Source: Eledone cirrhosa (lineage: Eukaryota). From it: 64,000 nucleotides of DNA. Under the pieces are notes generated by a model, which saw only the letters and a program-made list of their open reading frames with translations, had not been told where the DNA came from and did no database searches. The stretch lies in contig OZ024743.1 of the NCBI GenBank assembly GCA_964016885.1, positions 152,148,001 through 152,212,000 of the forward strand, read 5' to 3'. This document shows, piece after piece, positions 1 to 12,564 of the stretch (positions are counted from its first letter, which is position 1; the number at the start of each line of letters is the position of its first letter). Made by a program: the position numbers and the translations under genes.

Positions 1-198
1 ATCTCCAGATATAAAGCAATGCCTGTGCCGTGAAGCTTTTATAGTGAGCAAAGGCACTGCACAAAGCCAGTCCCACTCTCTTAACCAAGATGATATTTAC
101 CAAAAAGAAGAACAAGTCAACATCATTGGATACCATCAGGGTTGCATATATACATATATACATACATATATATATATAAATATATATATATATACATA

Positions 199-540
199 TG
201 TAGCGCTCTCTAGACAGGAAGTAGCTGGAGCTACTTCCCGTTGAGGTTGCAGAACCATCTTTGTGAATTCCGTCACCAGGGAACTATAAAGGAGAAAGCT
301 GAAAGCTATCTCCCTCTCTTTTAACCTGCCTGGCGCTTCGGCCAAGCACGTTCCGCCGAGGGTATATTCTCTGGCAACCTGAACATGGTAATGTAAAGAC
401 CTCCTGGTCTCTTGTGCGCTGACTTCAAAAAGGTAAACAACTAACTTTCTTTCATCTCTCTTGGCATGTCAACTATTCAGCTCTACATAGCTCAACTTTG
501 TTAAATAAACATTGTACATACAACCCAGTATCCTGTTATA
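199..540 (+). mobile_element. Probable solo LTR inserted in (TA)n
   Basis: Starts TGTAG and ends GTTATA (possibly decayed ...ACA); TATAAA at 285-290 and AATAAA at 504-509; non-coding; bounded by TA repeats. Confidence 0.5.
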
Positions 541-620
541 GATATATACATATATATATATATATATATACATATATATACATATATATATACATACATA
601 TATACATATATACATATATA

Positions 621-779
621 CATGGACACACTAGAAGAGGAAGACCAAGGTTAACGTATGTTGATGCCCTAAGGACAGACAGTGGTCTGTTGGAGACGCA
701 GGACATGGCAGCGATAATGAGGGACAGAGACCGCTGGAGAGAACTCGTCCATGGATCTCGGGAATTTTACCCGCCTTAG
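621..779 (+). mobile_element. RTE-clade LINE 3'-terminal fragment
   Basis: Translates [20 protein letters not shown]...[11 protein letters not shown], the typical RTE ORF C-terminus; embedded in (TA)n. Confidence 0.75.
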
Positions 780-1027
780 AATAGAACATATATACAGATA
801 TATATACATACATATATACATATACATAGATATATATATATATATATACATATATATACATATATACATATATATATATATATACATATATATATACATA
901 CATATATACATATATATATATATACATATATATACACATATATATATACATATATATACATACATATATACATATATATATATACATATATCTATCTATC
1001 TATATATATATATATATATATATATAT

Positions 1028-1933
1028 CAGCAGTGAGGTAGGGTGCTCTGAAAGTACAGTAGCTAAAGTCAGAACGGGATGGAAAAAGTTCAGAGAGCTT
1101 ATTGGCCACTAAAGGGTTCTCTCTAAAAATGAAAAGCAGGCTGTATGATGCCTGCATACGAACAGCAATGTTACATGGCAGTGAGACTTGGGCATTGTGG
1201 GCAGAGGATATACGCAGAATGGAGAGGAACAAAGCTTGCATGCTCTGCTGGATGTGTAATAGTAATATACGTGATTGGCAAAGCATAAACGAACTAAGGG
1301 AGAAATTAGGAATAAGAGGGATCAGATGTTGTTTACTCGAGAGAAGACTACATTGGTACGGTCACGTGATGCGCATGAAAGACGACAGTTGTATAAAAAA
1401 GTGCAAGGCGATAAAAATAGACGGTAGCCACAGAGTAGGCAGACCCAGAAAAACCTGGGACAATTTGATAAATACCGACCTCACACACTTACACCTCTCC
1501 AAGACAATGTCACTGGACCGAGATCCTTGGCGCTACACAGTAATACAGAAGACCCGCCTTGCCTAAGTACAAAGCGAAATCTACAGTGAGTAGGCACTTC
1601 TAACAAAAACACACCCCCGTCCCACTACCCCCACCCCATCCACACCACCCCTTTTTATGTTGGTACCACAACATCCAGTCCGAAACAAATGAGGTCGTGT
1701 AGGTGTCACAACAAAAAAACACACAGTCCACGCTGTAATGTGGCCGTGTAGGTAACACGGTAAAAACCTCCCAGTCCACACTGTAAACGTCGTTGGTGTT
1801 AGGAAGGGCATCCATCATAGAAAACCTGCCAGACAATCCTATACAAGCAAGACAACCAATCTTGCCTCAAGTGGGAAAATTCCCGTCCAGACTGATGCAA
1901 GCATGGAAGATGGACGTTAAACGATGGTGATGA

Positions 1934-1937
<4 letters not shown>
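1028..1937 (+). mobile_element. 5'-truncated RTE LINE (ORF C-terminus plus long 3' tail ending (GAT)n)
   Basis: ORF 1102-1566 has [28 protein letters not shown] motifs; tail contains GGTGTTAGGAAGGGCATCC and ends GGACGTTAAACGATG(GAT)n. Confidence 0.9.
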
Positions 1938-2014
<77 letters not shown>

Positions 2015-2023
2015 CATATATAC

Positions 2024-2062
<39 letters not shown>

Positions 2063-2066
<4 letters not shown>

Positions 2067-2765
2067 ATAGTAATATACATGAATGGCAAAGCATAAACGA
2101 ACTAAAGGAAAAATTAGAAATAAGAGGGATCAGATGTTGTTTACTCGAGAGAAGACTACGTTGGTATGGTCACGTGATGCGCATGAAAGACGGCAGCTGT
2201 ATAAAAGAGTGCAGGGCAATAAAAATAGATGGTAGCCACGTAGTAGGCAGACCCAGAAAAACCTGGGACGACTTGATAAATTCCGACCTCACACACTTTA
2301 CACCTCTCCAAGACAATGTCACTGGACCGAGATCTTTGGTGCTACACAGTAATACAGAAGACTCGCCTTACCTAAGTACAAAGTGAAACCTACTACAGTC
2401 AGTAGGCACCTCTAACAGAATACACCCCCGTCCCACTACCCCCACCCCATCCACACCACCCCTTTCAATGTAAATTTATGTTGGTACCACAACATCCAGT
2501 CCGAAACAAATGCGGTCGTATAGGTGTCACAACAAAAAAACACACAGTCCACGCTGTAATGTGGCCGTGTAGGTAACACGGTAAAAACCTCCCAGTACAG
2601 ACTGTAAATGTGGTTGGTTTTAGGAAGGGCATCCAGCCGTAGAAAAGCCGCCAGACAGTCCTATGTGAGCAAGACAACCACTCTTGCCTCAAGTGGGAAA
2701 ACTCCTGTCCAAACCCATGCAAGCGTGGAAGATGGACGTTAAACGATGATAATGATGATGATGAT
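2063..2765 (+). mobile_element. Second, shorter copy of the same RTE 3' end
   Basis: Colinear and highly similar to ~1254-1937; [11 protein letters not shown]...[10 protein letters not shown]. Confidence 0.9.
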
Positions 2766-2819
2766 ATATATGTATATATATATATATATATAAATATATA
2801 TATACACATATATATATAC

Positions 2820-2916
<97 letters not shown>

Positions 2917-2927
2917 CATATATATAC

Positions 2928-2996
<69 letters not shown>

Positions 2997-3008
2997 CATA
3001 TATATACA

Positions 3009-3084
<76 letters not shown>

Positions 3085-3088
3085 CATA

Positions 3089-3167
<79 letters not shown>

Positions 3168-3176
3168 GTGTATGTG

Positions 3177-3210
<34 letters not shown>

Positions 3211-3217
3211 TATATAT

Positions 3218-3553
3218 GGAGGCACATGGCTTAGTAGTTAGAGCATTAGCTTTGCAATCGAAAGGTTGTGAGTTCAATTCTCAGACCGGCTCATGTGTTG
3301 TTTCCTTGAGCAAGACACTTTATTTCACATTGCTCCAGTTTACTCAGCTGTAGAAATGAGATGATAGGGACCGGGGTCCATATCATTCCAGTGTAAAGTG
3401 GATGTGTAGGCGCCACAGCAAAAAAGCACCCAGCACTCACTGTAAATGAGGTTGGTGTTAGGAAGCGCATCCAGCTGTAAAAATCAAGCCAGAATCAGTT
3501 CCCGTCCCACCCTTGCAAGCAGGGAAAAGCGGACGTAAAATGATGATGATGAT
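3218..3553 (+). mobile_element. tRNA-derived SINE with CORE-like middle and RTE-type tail (OR1/OR2-like)
   Basis: A box TGGCTTAGTAG, B box GAGTTCAATTC, central CCTTGAGCAAGACACTTTA, tail CCCTTGCAAGCAGGGAAAAGCGGACGTAAAA(TGA)n. Confidence 0.85.
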
Positions 3554-3671
3554 ATATATATACATATATATACATATATATACAAACATATATATACATA
3601 TATATATATATATACAAACATATATATACATATATATATATATACGTACATATATATATATATGTATATAT

Positions 3672-3730
<59 letters not shown>

Positions 3731-3787
3731 CATACATATATATATATATACATACATATATATATACATACATATATTTATATATAT

Positions 3788-3818
<31 letters not shown>

Positions 3819-4057
3819 GATAGATAGATTGATAAATATACATGGGTGTGTATGATTGTGTATAGAAGATTATATTAATAAGAGGAATTCCAACTTTGTG
3901 TGATTTACTCGTTTTATTTACAATCCTTTAAAATTTATAATGGTATTATAATGAAATAGTATGATAGAATGTTAAGTGTTAATTGAACAAGTACTTTCAT
4001 GCTTTCACAATCTTCAGGTTCATAATGTGTGGTGACAGTCAAGTTTGCAATTTTCAA

Positions 4058-4101
<44 letters not shown>

Positions 4102-4124
4102 TACATATATATATACATATATAT

Positions 4125-4228
4125 TGTTATACTTGGGGAGGGTCATATTGTTGTAATAATATTGCCAGAAATAATAACAGAACACACTGACTGTTTGGTT
4201 GGTTTTCGCTTCTGTATCTTTTATATCT
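4125..4228 (-). mobile_element. Fragment of the LTR-like repeat at 12559-12953
   Basis: Reverse complement matches ~12850-12953, including the terminal ...ATAACA. Confidence 0.6.
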
Positions 4229-4846
4229 CCACAGTTAATACACACACACGCACACACACACACACACACACACAGATATATATATATATATATATACACT
4301 CACAGACACACATTGTAGTATATTTAATATATTTATGGCACTGGTTGACACAACTCTCCAAACACTCTTTCACACTTCTAAATTTAGCCTTTAGGCAACC
4401 ATTACTCTACACTACCCCATAAAGCATCTGACATCTGTCAACAACCTACAACCTTTTATATGGTCACTCTAACTGCTAGAAATAGCAACCAAATATAGCT
4501 CTGCCATCTTAAAGCGGGAAAGTCAGATACACAAAAAGAGGGAATGGTCAAGGCTAGAATGCCTTTAATTATCGGGCGCCTCAATCAGGGCTGCCTTGAT
4601 GCTAAATAACACCTCATAGACACATTATAGACACATTACACTATACTCAACTGGTCAGAATTTGCCTTTCATCACATTGTCAATGAAATGATCATCGCAT
4701 TGGATGGTCCCTCAACTAGGCTTTCTGATCTTCCCTATTACATCCCTAACCCTGTCCCTTTCCCTTTTAACATATCAAAGTTTCAAAGTTGATGAATAAT
4801 ATTGTAAGCAACCAAATTCGATTATATTCTCTATCTCTCACTCATA

Positions 4847-4905
<59 letters not shown>

Positions 4906-4908
<3 letters not shown>

Positions 4909-5364
4909 CTGATAAACTCCGACCTCACACACTTACACCTCTCCAAGACAATGTCACTGGACCGTGACCTTTGGCGGTACTCAGTAACAGAGAAGACCTG
5001 CCTTGCCAGTAGGCATCTCTAACAAAATACACCCCGTCCCGCCACCACCCCCACCACCCCGTTCTATGTAAAGTTATGTTGGTGCCGCGCCATCCAGGCC
5101 GAAACAAATGAGATCGTGTAGGTGTCACGACAAAAAAACACACAGTCCACGCTGTAATGTGGCCGTGTAGGCAACACGGTAAAAACCTCCCAGACCCACA
5201 CTGTAAATGTGGTTGGTGTTAGGAAGGGCATCCAACTGTAGAAAACCTGCCAGACAGTCCTATGCGAGCAAGACAATCACTCTTGCCTCAAGTGGGACTA
5301 CCCCCGTCCAAACCCATGCAAGCGTGGAACACGGACGTTAAACGTTGATGATGATGATGATGAT
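4906..5364 (+). mobile_element. Third truncated copy of the RTE 3' end and tail
   Basis: Encodes [24 protein letters not shown], followed by the same tail as 1567-1937. Confidence 0.85.
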
Positions 5365-5369
5365 ATATA

Positions 5370-5407
<38 letters not shown>

Positions 5408-5460
5408 CATACCATTTGACTGGTGAAATGAAACTGACTTTGCCCATATTATATATATAT

Positions 5461-5653
5461 CAGACCTGCCAACCTCTAAAACCCAAAGAGAGAGTTCAAT
5501 GAAAAAAGTGTTCCAAAACAGAGAGAAATGAGGCAAAATGGGGAGATTTTACATCATGAAAGCTATGCCTATTTTTACGAGAGAAGACATCTCTCACCCA
5601 CCCCAAAGTGGATGGGAGATCTCCCTGTCAGAGGCGGAGAGTTGACAGGTCCG
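5461..5653. mobile_element. MITE with hAT-like terminal inverted repeats
   Basis: CAGACCTGCCAAC ... GTTGACAGGTCCG imperfect TIR pair; no clear TSD. Confidence 0.55.
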
Positions 5654-6306
5654 AAAAATACATATATATATATATACACATCTTCCTCTTATGTTCTCTC
5701 ATTAGTGACAACCATATATACCAAAGCATTGACGCTTTATGCACTTCATTTTTGAGAACTGCAATGAAAAAAATAGGTCAATCAAATGCTATAGTACAAG
5801 ATACTTACCCAAGACACAATGCAATGGGACTAAACCAGAACATGTGTGATTCTGAAATGAACCTCTTAACCACACAGCTATGCCTATGTTTACATAAAAC
5901 AAAATGTGTTTGCCATCGCTGAAGTAAGTATTTCAAATACAAGGTTTTTTTACTAGTTCAGGGGTTTCTATAATATGAATTAATTTAACCCAATCTGAGT
6001 GAATGTGTGTGTGCATGAGAGACAGAAACATAGCAAGCTCCAAATGTGAAGCTCATTTAAACAAATAAACAATATATAATTATATTTGTATTGTTTATTA
6101 GATAAACAAGAATATGTTTACATGAAAATACTATTGCATGATGAATCTTGTCAATATTTAAAAGCGAAAATTGTTCTTGGCATACACTCTCGAATTAAAT
6201 ACCTCCTGTAATATTTTTCATGGATAGCAGGATATGAAGATTTAAATTACAATGATATTTATAGACATACGCACATACATAGGTGTGTGTATATATATAC
6301 ATATAT

Positions 6307-6511
6307 TAAAATAACAGATTAAAGTTTAAGCAAAGAATCGTTGCCAGGGAACGTTTCCATGAACCAAAGTATCGTCTCCTTGACTTCCTTCGGTTGCAAC
6401 GTTTTTCTAAATATTTACTTCTGCGTTAACAGATTGATTCTTTTAGTTTCAGAAGATCCCATTAAGGGTAAAAGCAGCGATTCTTTGCTTAAACTTTAAT
6501 TTGTTATTTAA
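6307..6511. repeat. Inverted repeat with ~33-bp arms, possibly a Penelope-type pLTR remnant
   Basis: TAAAATAACAGATTAAAGTTTAAGCAAAGAATCG vs CGATTCTTTGCTTAAACTTTAATTTGTTATTTA; lies next to (TA)n. Confidence 0.7.
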
Positions 6512-6655
6512 ATAAATATTTGTTCTACGGTTCTTATATATTTGATATATATTTATCCTTATCGAGCCCCCTTTGGATTTTAGTCTTCAAATTTATTAGT
6601 ATTACTATATATATATATATATATATTTGTACATATACATATAATGGCACAATCA

Positions 6656-6686
<31 letters not shown>

Positions 6687-6690
6687 TTGT

Positions 6691-6748
<58 letters not shown>

Positions 6749-7141
6749 ACATATATATATATATATGTGTGTGTATAATGGTAGCTATGGTGCTTCCATA
6801 GGCGGTATGCCAAAATTATCACTCAATATTCATACAGAGCAGAGTGTGGATAGTATAAAAAAACGAAAAATCAGTGATGCATTTGGACTCAGTTTATTGC
6901 GTGTTACAATTGTTTCGCCGGCAGGTAGCTCGAGACATGATCACTGTATGGATCTGGCTGATTCTACGGCTGCAGGTTCCTTTGGACATGGGCAGTTCGT
7001 TCGGAGCAAATTTTCTCACTGGGGTGTTATCGTCAAAAAACACCTTCAAAAAACATCTTCCACTCTTGTCATGCCATTGGCTGTTGTTATTCTATCTCAT
7101 CTTAAGTTCTGGTCACTATTTACTGCTACACAGCATCTAAT

Positions 7142-7906
7142 ATGGCCGACTACATGGCTAAAACTAACGCGGTGAAGATGGCGAGCATTGGCCGTCAACC
7201 GCAGCGACAGAATGACCGTCTATCGGAGCGCGGGGGACCACCCGGGGACTGGCCCCCGAGGCAGCTGCAACGCCCGCGGAAGGTGATGTGGTCCAACGCC
7301 GGGAGGGAACGAGTGGCATAGGGGAGACCACCGAGTCGGTGGAACAACACCATGTGACCTGAGAGGGCCATAACAGATCGAGGCCCAGGCATCAGATGCG
7401 AAAGAACTGACAACAGAACTTGTAACTGCAGAGTGGGCACCCACTGCCCCCTGCAGGGAAAATGCCTGACGAAGGACCTGATATATAAATGCGTGTTTAC
7501 AACCCAAAATGCGCATCGCACCTACATCGGCGCAACATCCACGACCTTTAAATCGCGGATGTATAATCACACAAATTCCTTCAGGGACCGTAGCAAAAGG
7601 CACTCAACTAGGTTAGCGGACCTGGTGTGGGACCTGAAAGACCAAGGCACTCCGTACGCCCTGGAATAGAGTATCGTTCGCCATGCGAAGGTATATTCGG
7701 CTGGAAGTAGAAAGTGCTGATTATGCCTACACGAGGCCATGGAGGTAGTCAGACTGGCAGATGACCCGGCCAACCTGAAGTCTGAAATTATCATAATCTG
7801 CAGTCACCAGAGAAGATGCACATTTGCAGCATGGAATCCTCCGGGTGGCACAGGCCAGGGTCATGGGACCGGGTACGCACAGACTCATGCGGCCCAACGG
7901 GATTAA
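7142..7906 (+). pseudogene. Penelope-like RT-thumb end, linker and GIY-YIG endonuclease with in-frame stops
   Basis: One frame reads NMADYMAKTN...CNCRVGTHCPLQGKCLTKDLIYKC...YIGATSTTFKSRMYNH...LVWDLKD...KC*LCLHE...CSHQRR; four internal stops, no frameshift. Confidence 0.85.
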
Positions 7907-7920
7907 GGGACCTGACACCA

Positions 7921-7972
7921 TGCCCTGATGACATTGTGCGACCCGTGTGGAAAACATATGTAAACCAGGGTG
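7921..7972 (+). ncRNA. Hammerhead-ribozyme-like motif (type I, non-canonical)
   Basis: CTGATGA (7925-7931), short stem II, GAAA, palindromic ACATATGT, then A; ~20 nt after the endonuclease stop. One extra A and an offset stem I relative to consensus. Confidence 0.5.
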
Positions 7973-8409
7973 CGCACCTGACCGAGCACTCAACATTGGG
8001 CAGGTGCATCGCCTATGCCGGGACCGGCTAACACGGAGTCCACGGTCGTCCAGACAAATACCCCAAACATATAGAACAGCACACCCCAACCATGGTGGCA
8101 TACCCCACGGTGACCGGGCCAAGCGTCCCCTTGAATGTGTGCCCCGTCAATCGTGAATATATACTCTCCACATGTTCCACTTTATAACAATTATTATTAC
8201 TGTTGTTATTGTTTTGTTATTGTTACTTGTTCCATATACGGACCTAAAGTTAGTACATCATACTACATGTGTGTAGTATATCACATGGATACACTCACCT
8301 TCTCCTGTACCCACCGCCCCCCTTTATTTATCCCTTTGTGAAGTTACATACAGATTTTAATGTATTTTAACATATTGTAAATTTATTTATTTTATTTTAT
8401 TATCTTATT

Positions 8410-8600
8410 GTGTTTATATGTGTGTTTTTCTGTGTAGACCTGTGTGTATGTATATGTATGTGTGTGTGTATGTAGATATATATATATATACGTGTGTGTG
8501 TGTGTTTGGGGGGGTGTATGTGTGCATGTGTACGTATATGCATGAGCTTATACGTGTGTGTGTGCATGCATGTACATGTATGTGCATATGTGGCTGTGTG

Positions 8601-8646
<46 letters not shown>

Positions 8647-9610
8647 AATATGTATGCATGTATATATATATATGTATATTATATTGTATACTATATTGTT
8701 ATTTTATTGTTATTTTATTGTATATTGTATTTTTCATTATATATTGTATATTTATTTTACGGTTTTGTTTATATATGTATATGTAGAAGCATGTGTGTGT
8801 AAGCAAATATGCATATGTGCATCTGTGTGCATGTGGCCGTCCGTGTGCGTATGTATGTGTATGTACATGTATATATGTGTGCATGTATATATGTATGTAT
8901 ATATGTGGGTATGCGTATGCATGTAGAGATTTTATATGTGTGTGTGTATGTATGTGTGTATGTAGTTAGGTGTACGTATGTGTATTTTGCATGTATGTGT
9001 ATCTGTACACACATATATATATATATATATATATGTTTATAAGGTTGTGCGTAGGTATATGTGCACGCGTATGTGTGTGTATATGTGTATGTTTGCGTGG
9101 GTGTGTGTACACATATGGACATATGTGCGTATAAGTATGTATATATGTGTATGTGCGTGTATACATGTGAATGTGTATGTATGTGTGCGTATACATATAT
9201 GTATATGTGCCTGCATGCGTGTTTATATATGTGTGTGTCTATGTACACACACATATATAAATATATATATATATATATATGGTGTGAGTATCTGTCAGTG
9301 AGGGTGTGTGTGGGTGGGCGCGTACGTACACCCACATAGGGTTTGTCTAGGTGTTTATATGCGGGTACATGTACCTGTGTGTAGATATATGTACAGGTGT
9401 GTGTATATGTGTGTATCTGTGCTTTTGTCTTTGGAAGTGTGTCTGTCCTTGATGCCTATCAATAAGGATATGCATGTATGTGCGTGTGTATCTATGTATG
9501 TGTCTGAGAGTGTGCATGGGGTTATGTGTGTCTACACATGTATGCGTACATATGTGCATGCATGCATGTGTGTCTGCCTGCGCATGTGTGTGTATATGTG
9601 TATATGTGGG
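8410..9610. repeat. Degenerate (TG/TA)n low-complexity tract
   Basis: Alternating purine-pyrimidine sequence over ~1.2 kb. Confidence 0.85.
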
Positions 9611-9752
9611 TACTCTGGAGTGGGAACAGACGTGTGAGATACCGAACCCAGCGGGGCTCCATTGAAGTGTGTCGGACGGAAAATGGCTGATGACCCGTGC
9701 AGCAGTAAATAGTGACCAGAACTTAAGATGACGTAGAATAATGATGACACCG

Positions 9753-10050
9753 CCCCTTTCAATGTAAAGTTATGTTGGTGCCACAACATCCAGGCCGAAA
9801 CAAATGAGATTGTGTAGGTGTCACGACAACAAAACACACATTCCACGCTGTAATGTGGCCGTGTAGGCAACACGGTAACAACCTCCCAGACCCACACTGT
9901 AAATGTGGTTGGTGTTAGGAAGGGCATTCAGCTGTAGAAAACCCGCCAGACAGTCCTATGCGAGCAAGACAATCACTGTTGCCTCAAGTGGGAAACCCAT
10001 GCAAGCGTGGAACACGGACGTTAAACGATGATGAGGATGATGATGATGAT
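9753..10050 (+). mobile_element. Fourth copy of the RTE-associated 3' tail module
   Basis: Matches ~2460-2765 and ~5065-5364; ends (GAT)n. Confidence 0.85.
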
Positions 10051-10346
10051 ATATATAACATATTTATATATATATATAACATATTTATATATATTTGTAC
10101 ATTATATATATATATATATATATAAATATACATATGTATATATACATATTTATATATATTTGTATATATATATATACATATTTATATATATTTGTACATA
10201 TATATTCATACATTTACATATTTATATATATTTGCACATATATATATATACATATATATATTTATATTTATTTGTACATAGCGTGGAAGATAGACATTAA
10301 ACGATGATGATGACATATATATATATAAATACATACAAATATGCAT

Positions 10347-10397
<51 letters not shown>

Positions 10398-10400
<3 letters not shown>

Positions 10401-10625
10401 CGAAGGAAATGTGGTAAGGAACCAGGTGGACCATAACGCACCAAAGTACTCAATACTTAGGGTAGTAGAGTGGGTAATAGGAACGAGTAGGACCCCGACG
10501 GCTGAGCTCAAACTGACTCGTCAGCTAATTCTGGACTATATATTTTATATATATATACATATATATACATATTTATATATATATATATATACATATTTAT
10601 ATATATATATATATATACATATACA

Positions 10626-10706
<81 letters not shown>

Positions 10707-10765
10707 TTATATATATATATATACATATACATATTTGTATATATATATATATACATATACATATT

Positions 10766-10806
<41 letters not shown>

Positions 10807-10809
10807 TTG

Positions 10810-10840
<31 letters not shown>

Positions 10841-11089
10841 TTGTATATATATATATATATATATACATATTTGTATATATATATATATATATAGGAATGA
10901 GTAGGACCCCGACGGCTGAGCTCAAGCCGTTTCCACGGCTAATTCTGGACGTCCAGAATAAGCCCTCGAAACAGTTTGAGCTCAGCCGTCGGGGTCCTAC
11001 TCGTTCCTATTACCCACTCTACTACCCTAAGTATTGAGTACTTTGGTGTGTTATGGTCCACCTGGATCCTTACCACATTTCCTTCGTTA
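10398..11089. repeat. Partial-tandem plus inverted repeat module in (TA)n (PLE pLTR-like)
   Basis: 10398-10515 is the reverse complement of ~10971-11089; 10891-10950 repeats ~10477-10537; local palindrome centred on CTGGACGTCCAG. Confidence 0.8.
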
Positions 11090-11120
11090 TATATATATAT
11101 ATATATATATATAATACCAT

Positions 11121-11160
<40 letters not shown>

Positions 11161-11220
11161 CCATATAGATATATACATGCATAAATATATATATACATAT
11201 GTATACATACACACACACAT

Positions 11221-11286
<66 letters not shown>

Positions 11287-11694
11287 TCTTATGAGCTAGT
11301 CGTATTGAAAATATAAATGGAATGTGCTAATAGTTTTCGAAAGAAAAGGCAAACTTCTTTAAAATTCCATTATCTTTTCATGTTATTTTTATTATTTTAG
11401 TTCTTTCAGGTATGACAAAATCATGTATGTACATGCATCCATTCACCTGCATATATGTCAATATATAAATATAGATATACCAAACCATATGAAAAGTAAA
11501 ATATTAGTTTCCGTTAAAACATCCTATACATTCACTCTATTGATAACAAATGAGAAATACATTCATATCATATAAGAGAAGAATGCCTTACTTTTCAAAA
11601 CCTAGTTACAAAATATTTTCTTTTTCAGATCACTGGAAGAAACATGCATGCACAAAAAAATGTCCACATAACTTACTAACTTGCACAAATACAA

Positions 11695-11877
11695 TCATTC
11701 ATGTAAACTATGACACCACAGTAAATCAGTGAAGTGACTATATACATTATTATCATCATCATTACTTGTTATAACACTTTTTTTTTTATTTTCTTCATTA
11801 CTCATGAATTTTACTCGGATAGGTGTTGTTAATGAAGATGCTAATAATAATATAATGCATAAAAAAATAAACCCCCA
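11695..11877 (-). CDS. Predicted terminal exon of TMEM241/SLC35D-like membrane protein
   Basis: Acceptor ttttcag, phase 0, WGFIFLCIILLLASSLTT...HSLHE*; AATAAA on the minus strand at 11388-11393. Confidence 0.5.
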   Translation of the reverse strand, partial: WGFIFLCIILLLASSLTTPIRVKFMSNEENKKKSVITSNDDDNNVYSHFTDLLWCHSLHE

Positions 11878-12500
11878 CTGAAAATACATTTTATTTCAGG
11901 TGTCATTCAGCATTACTGAAATAAACACAACATAAATCTCAAAATATTTTCTTTTCTGATTTCTACTTATTATTTGTAAAAATATGGAAATATGGAAATA
12001 GACAGAATAATATATTTTGTTTAACGTAGTTTCCATTATTTTAGGATGCATTGAAAACTTATTTCATAGATGAAATTATTTCTGGCATTATAAGAAAAAA
12101 GATTTTATAAAGTTGTAGTAACTTCCATATAGTTTTCAGAATATAAGATATATTAGAGAATGGTTTATATTCATAAATTCTGAGATTAAATGGAGGTGGT
12201 TGCACTATTAATATTTGAAGAATTATTGCTATTATCACCATAATTATTAATGCTTCACCCACTAGAAATAGAAACCAAATCTCACTCAAATTACTCTGTA
12301 TTGTCTTAAAAAGAAGAACACAGTAGATAAGATAGTTAAAATACACCAAGAAAATCTATGTCTATCAAATAAATAGGATGGTCATGACTAGAATACATTT
12401 GGCCAAGTTTGCTTGATCAGGGTTAACTTGGGCCTAAACAATGACATGATTAAATGTCTGAGTTAAGCTGTTGTTGAAAAGATTGTAATTTTATGATTTG

Positions 12501-12558
<58 letters not shown>

Positions 12559-12564
<6 letters not shown>

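Larger units (their letters stand above)
6780..9750 (+). mobile_element. 5'-truncated Penelope-like element (Hydra-clade-like C-terminal GIY-YIG) with inverted 5' segment
   Basis: Endonuclease frame 7142-7906; ~7085-7128 is the reverse complement of ~9697-9740, as expected for an inverted pLTR piece; hammerhead-like motifs at 7921-7972(+) and 6899-6946(-). Confidence 0.75.

Noticed and set aside
3218-3290. SINE heads as functional tRNA genes
   Set aside because: They continue into SINE core and tail and lack a complete acceptor stem.
7300-7725. In-frame TGA codons in the Penelope ORF as possible selenocysteine, as in some Naiads
   Set aside because: Two TAG stops also occur, the TGAs are not at conserved Cys positions, and all are explicable by single transitions; domain order is C-terminal EN, not Naiad-like.
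9686-9720. CTGATGA as another hammerhead core
   Set aside because: No downstream GAAA or stem III at a usable distance.
631-11284. Many long Y/I/C/V/H/T-rich ORFs
   Set aside because: They are translations of (TA)n, (TG)n and (CA)n microsatellites that lack stop codons.
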